A DNA stretch of 40,708 nucleotides from Cyanobium sp. Lineage in GTDB: Bacteria; Cyanobacteriota; Cyanobacteriia; PCC-6307; Cyanobiaceae. Numbering within the stretch: position 1 is the first letter of the stretch; each line of letters opens with the position of its first letter. The notes beneath the pieces were generated by a model. It had not been told where the DNA came from, searched no databases, and saw only the letters and a program-made list of their open reading frames with translations. Both the position numbers and the translations under genes were made by a program. Positions 10,038 through 17,936 of this stretch are shown here, piece by piece. The DNA lies in the NCBI GenBank assembly GCA_044376165.1, contig JBIPMZ010000001.1, positions 1 to 40,708 of the forward strand, in the 5' to 3' direction.

Positions 10038-10904
10038 TCAACCCGGGTCGGCCGACGGCGGCCAGTCGCTGCGGAGCAGGGCATCCAGCCTGCGGCGCCA
10101 GCCCTCCACCAGCCGCTCGAACAGCAGCGCCCCCAGCTCCGGCGAGGCTTCCCCCGGGTCACCGATCACCCCGCTGCGGCTCAGCTCGCGCGTCAACCAG
10201 GCCGTCGGGGCTTCGCCCTCCAGGCTCCAGCCCTCCGGGATCCCCTGCGCCCCCAGCCCGTCCGCGCCGCGTTCCGGCCCGGTCAGCTCCGGCGCCAGGT
10301 GCAGCATCAGCGAGGTTTCCGCCAGCCCGGCGTGCAGCCCCTGGCTGCGCTCCGGTTCGGCGATCAGCGCGTCGAGGCCCTCCGGACCGCGCCAGAGGAA
10401 GCAGGGGAGCACCGCCAGCCCGGGCTGGTGGTCCCGCAGCTGGCGAGCGGCCACCTCCAACAGCCCGATCTGCCCTCCATGGGCATTGAGCAGAACCAGG
10501 CGGCGAAAGCCCGCGCCGGCCAGGTCACGGCCCACCGCCCCCACCAGGGAGAGCATCAGCTCGGCGGAGAGGCTGAGCGTGCCGGGAAAGCCCCGGTGCT
10601 CCGGCGAGAAGCCGAGACTTTGCAAGGGCAGACGCCAGATCGGAAGGTCTGGGTCCAGCCGCTCCAAAACGGCTTCGCACACCCGCTCGGCGAAGAGGGC
10701 ATCGGTGCCCAGCGGCAGGTGGGGGCCGTGCTGCTCGATCGCCCCGAACGGCCAAACCACCGTGCTGCCGGGCCGGGCGGCCCGCTCCCGCAGCTCCGGC
10801 CAGCTGAGCTGATCCAGCCGTTGGATCCGGCGCTGGCTCGGTCGCTCGTTCGGTCGCGGGGTCGCTCGGTCGCGCGGGGGAGGGATCGGAAGGGGGGGGG
10901 ACAT
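10038..10904 (-). CDS. Creatininase family protein
   Basis: [48 protein letters not shown]. Confidence 0.93.
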   Translation of the reverse strand: MSPPLPIPPPRDRATPRPNERPSQRRIQRLDQLSWPELRERAARPGSTVVWPFGAIEQHGPHLPLGTDALFAERVCEAVLERLDPDLPIWRLPLQSLGFSPEHRGFPGTLSLSAELMLSLVGAVGRDLAGAGFRRLVLLNAHGGQIGLLEVAARQLRDHQPGLAVLPCFLWRGPEGLDALIAEPERSQGLHAGLAETSLMLHLAPELTGPERGADGLGAQGIPEGWSLEGEAPTAWLTRELSRSGVIGDPGEASPELGALLFERLVEGWRRRLDALLRSDWPPSADPG

Positions 10905-10970
10905 CGCGGGAGTCGCCGGTCGGTCGCGTCGCGCTCCGTACAGTGATACGACCTGTGCTCCCCTGAGGCC

Positions 10971-12254
10971 ATGGCCGCAAGCGGAAAGCCCTCGCAGACA
11001 TCCGCGCCAGCACCAGCCCAGCGCCCCGCCGGCCGCGGTCCCCAGCCTGCGGCCGGCGCGGTCCAGCCGCCACGGCGCCCGCCCCAGGTGCTGATGATCC
11101 GCAAGGAGGATCCCGCCGCCGCCGCCGCTGCCACCGCGCCACCGGCCAGCGCCGCCCCGCCCCCGGGCGCCGCCCCGCCCGAAGCGGTCCCCCGCCGCCC
11201 CGCCGCCCCGCCGGTCAGCCGCCTCGACGACGAGGAGAGCCTCGAAGGGCTGAGCATGGCCGATCTGTTGGGACCCGAGCCCTCCCGGGGGCGCCGCGCC
11301 GAGCCCCGCGGCTCCGCCCCCTCCGCCGCCGCTTCCCCCGTCGCCGCCCCGTTTCGCAGCGTCGATGATTTCGACTTCGACGAGCAGGCGTTCCTGAGCG
11401 CCCTCGACGAAAACGAGCCGGTGGGGGCCACCGGGGAGGTGGTGAGCGGGGTGGTGATCGGCGTCGAGAGCGATGGGGTGTATGTGGACATCGGCGGCAA
11501 GGCCCCCGGCTTCATGCCCAAAAAGGAGTGCGGCTTGGGGGTGATCACCAACCTCAAGGAGCGTTTCCCCAAGGGCGCGCCGGTGGAGGTGCTCGTCACC
11601 CGCGAGCAGAACGCCGACGGCATGGTGACCATCAGCGCCCGGGCCCTGGCTCTCCGGCAGAGCTGGGAAAAGGTGCGCCAGCTGGAGAAGGAGGGCAAGG
11701 TGGTGCCGGTGCGCGTCAACGGCTTCAACCGCGGGGGCGTCACCTGTGACCTCGAGGGCCTGCGGGGCTTCATCCCCCGCTCCCAGCTGAACGAGGGGGA
11801 AAACCATGAGGCGCTGATGGGCACCACCCTGACCGTCGCCTTCCTCGAGGTGAATCCCGAAACCCGCAAGCTGGTGCTCTCCGAGAAGCGGGCCGCCACA
11901 GCGGCCAAGTTTGCCGCCCTGGAGGTGGGCCAGCTGGTGGAGGGCCAGGTGGTGGCGGTCAAGCCCTACGGCTTCTTTGTGGATCTCGGTGGCGTCAGCG
12001 GCCTGTTGCACCACTCCAGCCTCACCGGCGGAGCCCTGCGGGATCTGCGTGAAGCCTTTCAGCAGGGTGATCGGCTCAAAGCCCTGATCACCGAGCTGGA
12101 CCCCGGTCGCGGCCGGATCGCCCTCAACACCGCCCTGCTGGAGAACCAACCCGGCGAGCTGTTGATCGCCCGCGAGACGGTGATGGCCGAGGCCAGCGAG
12201 CGGGCCAACCGCGCCCGCTCCCTGTTGCGCACCCGGGAGCAGGCGGCCGGATGA
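10971..12254 (+). CDS. S1 RNA-binding domain protein (ribosomal protein S1 homologue B)
   Basis: Three S1 repeats (VYVDIGGKAPGF, GLRGFIPRSQL, KPYGFFVDLGGVSGLLH) after a Pro/Ala-rich N-terminus. Confidence 0.92.
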   Translation: MAASGKPSQTSAPAPAQRPAGRGPQPAAGAVQPPRRPPQVLMIRKEDPAAAAAATAPPASAAPPPGAAPPEAVPRRPAAPPVSRLDDEESLEGLSMADLLGPEPSRGRRAEPRGSAPSAAASPVAAPFRSVDDFDFDEQAFLSALDENEPVGATGEVVSGVVIGVESDGVYVDIGGKAPGFMPKKECGLGVITNLKERFPKGAPVEVLVTREQNADGMVTISARALALRQSWEKVRQLEKEGKVVPVRVNGFNRGGVTCDLEGLRGFIPRSQLNEGENHEALMGTTLTVAFLEVNPETRKLVLSEKRAATAAKFAALEVGQLVEGQVVAVKPYGFFVDLGGVSGLLHHSSLTGGALRDLREAFQQGDRLKALITELDPGRGRIALNTALLENQPGELLIARETVMAEASERANRARSLLRTREQAAG

Positions 12255-13180
12255 GTGCCTCCTCGGCTTCCGGTCCCCCCACGGCCCCCGCTGTGCCGAC
12301 GGGCGAATCCCCCGATTGGGAGCTCGATTTCTACTCCCGGCCCATCCTGGAGCCCGACGGCAAGAAGCGCTGGGAGCTGCTGATCTGCTCCAGCCCCGCT
12401 CCCCTCCCGGCTGGCGAGCCGGGCGCGGCTCCCTTCCGGTGGATCCGCCCCTGCCCCGCCACCTCGGTCAACTCGATCTGGCTGCGGGAGGCGATCGAGG
12501 TGGCCCTGGCCGAGGCGGAGGCGATGGGCCTGGGCCGCCCCCGGCGGATTCGCACCTGGCGGGCTTCGATGCGCGCCATGGTGCAGCGCGCCGCCGAGGG
12601 GATCGGACTCGAACTGGTGCCCAGCCGCCGCTGCTACGCCTTGCTCGACTGGATCCGGCAGCGGGAGGCGGAGGTGTACCCCGCTGAGCCCGGCTACCTG
12701 GCGGGCCCGCTGGCCCCACCCCCCGAACCCGTCCGCTCCCGGCCGCGGCCCCTGCCGGAGGTGGCCCGCGGCGATCGCTGGAGCTGGGCCACGTTGAGCG
12801 CCGCGGCCCTGGCGGAAGCCCCGGGCTGGTCGATCGACTTCGCGGCCCTGGCGACCCTCCCCCCCCTGAGTGACCCCGCCGTGCCCGTACCCGGCATCTG
12901 CCTGTTCAGCCGCAGCCGCGCCCTGGCCATCGCGGGCTGGCTCGCCGGTTTGGAGCCGGCACGGCTGGGGGTGAGCGGCCGGCAGCTGGTGCTGGAGGCC
13001 GGCCTGGAGGATCGCTGGCTGCTCAGCGATCTGCCTTCGGAGGAGGCCGCCGCCGCCGCCGAGGTTCTGGCGACGGCGCGGCGGCAGGCCGCCGGCCTGC
13101 AGTTCCTCGCGGTGCAAAGCGACGAGGGGGACCCCCGCTTGCAAGGGTTCTGGCTGCTGCGCGATCTCCCCGATGGCTGA
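12251..13180 (+). CDS. Tab2/Atab2 family RNA-binding protein
   Basis: WELDFYSRPILEPDGKKRWELLIC, VNSIWL, GLQFLAVQ...GFWLL. Confidence 0.93.
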   Translation: MSASSASGPPTAPAVPTGESPDWELDFYSRPILEPDGKKRWELLICSSPAPLPAGEPGAAPFRWIRPCPATSVNSIWLREAIEVALAEAEAMGLGRPRRIRTWRASMRAMVQRAAEGIGLELVPSRRCYALLDWIRQREAEVYPAEPGYLAGPLAPPPEPVRSRPRPLPEVARGDRWSWATLSAAALAEAPGWSIDFAALATLPPLSDPAVPVPGICLFSRSRALAIAGWLAGLEPARLGVSGRQLVLEAGLEDRWLLSDLPSEEAAAAAEVLATARRQAAGLQFLAVQSDEGDPRLQGFWLLRDLPDG

Positions 13181-13982
13181 GGAGCTGGAGCCCCCGTTCG
13201 ACCGCCCGGACGCCGGCTTCAACGACCTGGCCGGCTGGACCTGGATCGGCACCTACGGAGGTCACTATCTGCAAGCCGACCTGCTGGCCGGCTTCGAGCA
13301 CGGGTTCTTCACCCGCCGCTGGCAGGGCCGCGCTCCCGAGGTGCTGGCGGGCTTCCTCAGTGCCGGCATCACGGTGCATCGCCCCCAGCAGATCCACAGC
13401 GCCCGGGTTCTGCCGGCCAGCACCGCCCGGGCCGAGCCCTGGCCCGAGGCCGACGGCCTCGTCAGCGATGCCGGCGGGCAGAGCCTCTGGGTTTGCGGGG
13501 CGGACTGCACACCGGTGCTGATCGCCGATCCAGCCCAGGGTCGGGTGGCGGCCTGCCATGCCGGCTGGCGGGGGGTGGCGGGCCGAATCCTGCCGGAGGC
13601 GATTGCGGCCCTGGAAGCTGCCGGCAGCCGTCGCGGCGACCTCCTGGTCGCCCTCGGGCCCGCGGTGAGCGGCGCCCACTACCCGGTGCAGCGACCCGTC
13701 AGCCTGGAGGTGGCGATGGCCCTGCGGCCCCACCCCCGCGCAGCGGAGGAGGCTCTCCAGGAACTGACCGAGTGCGGCGCCCTGCAGGAGGACCCCGATC
13801 CCCGCCGCGACCGCCTCGATATTCGCCTGGCCAGCCTGCGCCAGCTCGCCCATGAGGGCATCGAGGCGGAGCGGGTGGCGATCTGCCCGCTCTGCACCGT
13901 GGCCGAACCCCGGCTGTTTCACTCCTGGCGCCGCGATCAGGTGAAAGCGGTGCATTGGAGCGGCATCGTTGCTCAGTCCTGA
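13173..13982 (+). CDS. pgeF: Peptidoglycan editing factor / YfiH-family protein
   Basis: HGFFTR, QIHS, ADGLVS, ADCTPVL, HAGWRG, CT...LFHSWRR. Confidence 0.92.
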   Translation: MAEELEPPFDRPDAGFNDLAGWTWIGTYGGHYLQADLLAGFEHGFFTRRWQGRAPEVLAGFLSAGITVHRPQQIHSARVLPASTARAEPWPEADGLVSDAGGQSLWVCGADCTPVLIADPAQGRVAACHAGWRGVAGRILPEAIAALEAAGSRRGDLLVALGPAVSGAHYPVQRPVSLEVAMALRPHPRAAEEALQELTECGALQEDPDPRRDRLDIRLASLRQLAHEGIEAERVAICPLCTVAEPRLFHSWRRDQVKAVHWSGIVAQS

Positions 13983-15730
13983 GCCACCCCCGGCCCGGCC
14001 ATCCCCGGCGGGCCCCCCGCAGGGGGCGCCTCCACCCAGAGACTCAGCTGCACCGCCCCGGAATCCTCCGAAGGGCGGCGCCGCCGCCGGGATCGGGCCG
14101 GGACGGCCGCCGCCGCAGACCGCGCGGCTCCGGCGGCGGTCGTCTGTCCCCTGCCCCCCAGCCAGCTCGCCAGCGCTCGACGGGCGGGCCCATCCAGACT
14201 TTCCAGATCCAGGGCCGAGGGCAGCAGGGCGGTGGGGACCTCGGCAGCCCAGGCCAACACCGCCTCCGGGAAGCGTTCGGCCGCAAACGGCCGCAGGTCG
14301 GCGGGTAGGGGCGAAAGGCCGGCCAGGGGATCCGCCGTCGACGGCGCCCCCTGCCGCCCCCGCTCCAGCCTCTCCACCTGCCGCCGGCGGGCGAGGGCGT
14401 AGTCGAGCACCGGCGCTGGGTAGTCGGAGCGCGGCGGCGGCGCCCCCAGCTGGTCATTGGTGAGATCGGCCAGTTCCGGCAGCCAGCGGCGGATGAACAG
14501 CCCGTGGGGATCGCAGCGATCCACCGCCACCTGGCCGGGATGGTAGATGCGGCTCCAGGCGCCGCTGCCCAGCTGGGTGGCCCCCGCTTGCATCGCCCAC
14601 TGCCAATGGTCGATCGGACAGTCCCCGTCGATCAGATGGCGCATGTAGTGGAGGGCTCCCCAGCGCCAGTCGATGCCGCACAAATGGGTGAGAAAGCTGG
14701 CGGCGATGGCCCGGCTGCGAAAGTTCAGCTCCCGCCAGCCACCCTCCGCCAGCAGGCAGCGGGCGGCGGCGTCGACGATCGGAAAGCCGGTGCGGCCTTC
14801 CCGCCAGGCCGCGTAGAGCGCTTCCTGCTCCCCCTCCAGCGCCGCCGCCGCCGGGTCGTCATGGCAGCTCCACAGGGGACGGATCTCGAGCTGGGGCAGG
14901 TAGCGAAAGCGCTGGGCCATGCCCGCGCCCCAGCGCAGCCGGTTGAGCAACTGTCGGGCGCTGCGCCGCCGGGCCGGATCGGGGTCGGCGGCCAGGGGTT
15001 TGAGCTCGCGCGCACAACGCCGGGCGCTGATCACCCCGAATTTCAGGTAGGGGCTGAGGCCGGTGGTGACGCGGGCGGCGGGGTAGCTGAGTTGCCAGAA
15101 GTAGGTGCGGGCTGCAGGACCCTCGCAGAAGCGTTGCAGCAGGGCCAGGGCCGCCGCCGTGCCGGCCGGGGGAAGCGGCTTGCCATCGGGCTGCAGGCCG
15201 AGCCCCGCGAGGTCGGGCACCGGGGCGGGATCGAGGTTGTCGGGCACCTCCACCCGGGCCGGGGCCGGCAGGGGCGGCTCCCCCATCGCCTCCCACCAGA
15301 ATCGCCGCCAGGCCGGATAGGGGAGCAGCGCGCCGGTGGCCCCCGGCGGTTCGATCCAGTGGAGGGAAACCCCGACGCGGCGCAGCGCCGAGGTCACGCG
15401 GGCATCCCGCAGGCGCCCGACGATGCGCTCACTGTCGGTGTGGGCCAGCACCCTGGAGGCGCTCCACTGCCGGGCCAGCTGGGGCAGCACCCTCTGCGGA
15501 TCCCCGTGGCGCACGAGCAGCCGGGCTCCCCGGCGGCGTAGATCCCCATCGAGGGAGCGCAGGCACTCCAAGAGAAAGGCCACGCGCGCCACCCCGGTCT
15601 CGGGGTGATGGAGCAGGGCGGGATCGAGCACAAACAGCGGCAGGACCGGTCCGAGTCGGCAGGCCTCGTGCAGCGCGGGGTGATCATCCAGCCGCAGGTC
15701 GCGCCGGAACCAGAGAATCGTCGGACTCAT
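13973..15730 (-). CDS. Photolyase/cryptochrome family FAD-binding protein with C-terminal extension
   Basis: ILWFRRDLRLDDHPAL, LSPYLKFGVIS, AWREGRTGFPIVDA, IDWRWG, LIDGD, FIRRWLPEL, YPAPVLD. Confidence 0.92.
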   Translation of the reverse strand: MSPTILWFRRDLRLDDHPALHEACRLGPVLPLFVLDPALLHHPETGVARVAFLLECLRSLDGDLRRRGARLLVRHGDPQRVLPQLARQWSASRVLAHTDSERIVGRLRDARVTSALRRVGVSLHWIEPPGATGALLPYPAWRRFWWEAMGEPPLPAPARVEVPDNLDPAPVPDLAGLGLQPDGKPLPPAGTAAALALLQRFCEGPAARTYFWQLSYPAARVTTGLSPYLKFGVISARRCARELKPLAADPDPARRRSARQLLNRLRWGAGMAQRFRYLPQLEIRPLWSCHDDPAAAALEGEQEALYAAWREGRTGFPIVDAAARCLLAEGGWRELNFRSRAIAASFLTHLCGIDWRWGALHYMRHLIDGDCPIDHWQWAMQAGATQLGSGAWSRIYHPGQVAVDRCDPHGLFIRRWLPELADLTNDQLGAPPPRSDYPAPVLDYALARRRQVERLERGRQGAPSTADPLAGLSPLPADLRPFAAERFPEAVLAWAAEVPTALLPSALDLESLDGPARRALASWLGGRGQTTAAGAARSAAAAVPARSRRRRRPSEDSGAVQLSLWVEAPPAGGPPGMAGPGVAQD

Positions 15731-15884
15731 CAGGGCAGATCAGGCAGGACCTAACGCAGGGATACCGGGTTGCGGGGGCTGGCGATGGCTGTCCGGTTCC
15801 AAGATCCAAAAATTTGCCATGGCGGTCGGGTTGCATGGGACCGCGGGATGAGAGAATATGCACTGGAAGCAATTTTCTCGCATC

Positions 15885-16253
15885 ATGCTCACCGGTCCCG
15901 ACCTGCTCGCCAAGGTCAAGGAGATGGGCGATGTCAGCAAGTCTGACCTCGTTCGCGCCTGCGGCTATGTCTCCTCCAAGAAGGATGGCACCGAACGGCT
16001 GAATTTCACCGCCTTCTATGAGGCCCTGCTCAACGCCAAAGGCGTTGACTTCGGCGCCGCGCCCAAAGCCGGCAAAGCCGGCCGCAAGCTGAGCTTCGCC
16101 ACCAAGGTGCAGTTCAACGGCAACCTCATGGTCGGCAAGGCCTACACGGCCATGCTCGACCTCAAGCCAGGCGATGAATTTGAGATCAAGCTCGGCCGAA
16201 AGCAGATTCGCCTGGTGCCCCTCGGCGCGGAGTCGGAGGACGAAGAAGGCTGA
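15885..16253 (+). CDS. Cyanobacterial AbrB-like (cyAbrB) transcriptional regulator
   Basis: MLTGPDLLAKVKE..SKSDLVRACGY...LNFTAFYEALL.AKG...GRKLSF..KVQFNGNLMVGKAYT...PGDEFEIKLGRKQIRL. Confidence 0.93.
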   Translation: MLTGPDLLAKVKEMGDVSKSDLVRACGYVSSKKDGTERLNFTAFYEALLNAKGVDFGAAPKAGKAGRKLSFATKVQFNGNLMVGKAYTAMLDLKPGDEFEIKLGRKQIRLVPLGAESEDEEG

Positions 16254-17901
16254 GGCCCACCGCCTCCGCCACTTTGATCCCATCGATCGCCGCGGAGAGG
16301 ATCCCCCCCGCCCATCCCGCCCCTTCTCCCCCGGGGTATACCCCGGGGGTATTTAGGCTTTGCAGGGTTTGCGCGTCGCGCGGCATGCGCAGCGGTGCAG
16401 AGGTGCGCGTTTCCACACCGGTCATCAGCGCACCCGGCATCGCATATCCCGCCACCCGCTCCCCGAACACCGGCAGCGCCTCCCGGATAGCTGCCACCAC
16501 AAAAGCAGGCAAGCAGGGATCGAGGCTCCCCAACCTCAGCCCCGGCTGATAGGAGCCCACCACCCCCTCCCCCGGGGCTGCCGCGCCACTGCTTCGTCCC
16601 GCTAAAAAATCTCCCAGCCACTGGGCCGGAGCGCTGTAATCGGCACCGGCCGCTGCAAAGGCCTGCCCCTCCCAGTGGCGCTGGAAGGCCACCCCCGCCA
16701 GGGGGTCACCCGGACCCCGGGCCCAGGGCTCCAGATCGTCGAGCTCCACATTGACCACCAGGCCGCTGTTGGCGTTGCGCTCGTTGCGGGTGTGTTGACT
16801 CATGCCGTTGGTCACCACGCAACCCGGCTCCGACGTGGCCCCCACCACCAGCCCGCCCGGGCACATGCAGAAGCTGTACACCACCCGGCCCGCCAGACCC
16901 GCTCCGCGGCAGTGGTGCACCAGTTTGTACTCGGCGGCCCCGAGGCGTGGATGGCCTGCCGCCTCCCCCCAGCGGGCACGGTCGATCAGGCTCTGGGGGT
17001 GTTCGATCCGCACCCCCACGGCGAAGGGCTTGGCCTCCATCGCCAAACCGGAGCGGTGCAGCATCGCGAAGGTGTCGCGAGCGCTGTGGCCGATCGCCAG
17101 CACCGCCCGCTCCGCAGCGATGCGGCTGCCATCCGCCAGCACCACACCCCGCAGCTGCCGGGTGCGGGGATCGAGCTCCAGAGCCTCCACCCGACTGCGA
17201 AAGCGGATCTCGCCGCCGAGCGCTTCGATGCGCGCCCGCAGGCCCCGCACCACCGTCGCCAGTTTGTAGGTGCCGATGTGGGGATGGTGGCGGGTGAGGA
17301 TGTCCGGGCTGGCCCCGCAGCGCACCAGTTCTTCCAACACCTTGCGCACGACGCGCCCCGGCTCACTCACCTGGCTGTAGAGCTTGCCGTCGGAGAAGGT
17401 GCCGGCTCCCCCCTCCCCAAACTGGGCATTGGCTTCGGGATCGAGCCCCTGCCGGCCCCGCCAGAAGCCAAACGTGGCGGCGCTGCGCTCCCGCACCGGC
17501 AGGCCCCGCTCGAGCAGCAGCGGTCGCAATCCCATCTCCGCCAGCACGAGGGCGGCGAAATAGCCGCAGGGTCCGGCCCCCACCACCACCGGACGCGGCG
17601 GCGGGTCTCCCCCCGTCCACCGGCCCACCAGTCGGTAGCGCTCATCCGGCACCGGGCGGAGGTGGGGGTCGCCAGCGAAGCGCCGCAGCAGCCTGCGACG
17701 GGCTGCGGCATTGAGGTCGAGGTCGAGGTCGAGGCTGTACACCAGGCGGATCGCCCCGGGGCGGCGGGCATCGACGCTGCGCTTCACCAGCCGGTGGCCG
17801 CGCACCGCCGCGGGCGGCAGGTGCAGGCGCTGGGCGATGGCACCGAGCAGGTCCGCCTCGCTGTGGTCCAGGGGCAGCTTCAGTTCACTGAGACGCAGCA
17901 C
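16186..17901 (-). CDS. NAD(P)/FAD-dependent oxidoreductase (COG2509-like)
   Basis: VVVGAGPCG, QFGEGGAGTFSDGKL, HPHIGT, FCMCPGG, GVETRTSAP, GEGAGWAGGILSAAIDG. Confidence 0.92.
   Translation of the reverse strand: MLRLSELKLPLDHSEADLLGAIAQRLHLPPAAVRGHRLVKRSVDARRPGAIRLVYSLDLDLDLNAAARRRLLRRFAGDPHLRPVPDERYRLVGRWTGGDPPPRPVVVGAGPCGYFAALVLAEMGLRPLLLERGLPVRERSAATFGFWRGRQGLDPEANAQFGEGGAGTFSDGKLYSQVSEPGRVVRKVLEELVRCGASPDILTRHHPHIGTYKLATVVRGLRARIEALGGEIRFRSRVEALELDPRTRQLRGVVLADGSRIAAERAVLAIGHSARDTFAMLHRSGLAMEAKPFAVGVRIEHPQSLIDRARWGEAAGHPRLGAAEYKLVHHCRGAGLAGRVVYSFCMCPGGLVVGATSEPGCVVTNGMSQHTRNERNANSGLVVNVELDDLEPWARGPGDPLAGVAFQRHWEGQAFAAAGADYSAPAQWLGDFLAGRSSGAAAPGEGVVGSYQPGLRLGSLDPCLPAFVVAAIREALPVFGERVAGYAMPGALMTGVETRTSAPLRMPRDAQTLQSLNTPGVYPGGEGAGWAGGILSAAIDGIKVAEAVGLSLLRPPTPRRGAPGESAFGRA
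16328..16355 (+). terminator. Perfect 22-bp palindrome followed by TATTTA; candidate intrinsic terminator for abrB inside the convergent gene
   Basis: cccccggggtataccccggggg (16328-16349) then tattta, about 75 nt after the abrB stop. Confidence 0.4.
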
Positions 17902-17936
17902 GAGCGGAGGCGGTGCACTCCCCCATGGTGGCAGCG

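Noticed and set aside
10938-10949. GTA-N6-TAC between creatininase and the S1 gene as an NtcA site
   Set aside because: Spacing is N6, not the N8 required for NtcA.
10905-12149. N-terminal extension making creatininase 703 aa
   Set aside because: It overlaps the S1 gene antisense. Family homology starts only after the ATG at 10904.
17713-17734. (GAGGTC)x3 microsatellite
   Set aside because: It simply encodes LDLDLDL, a beta-strand pattern, and is short and in frame.
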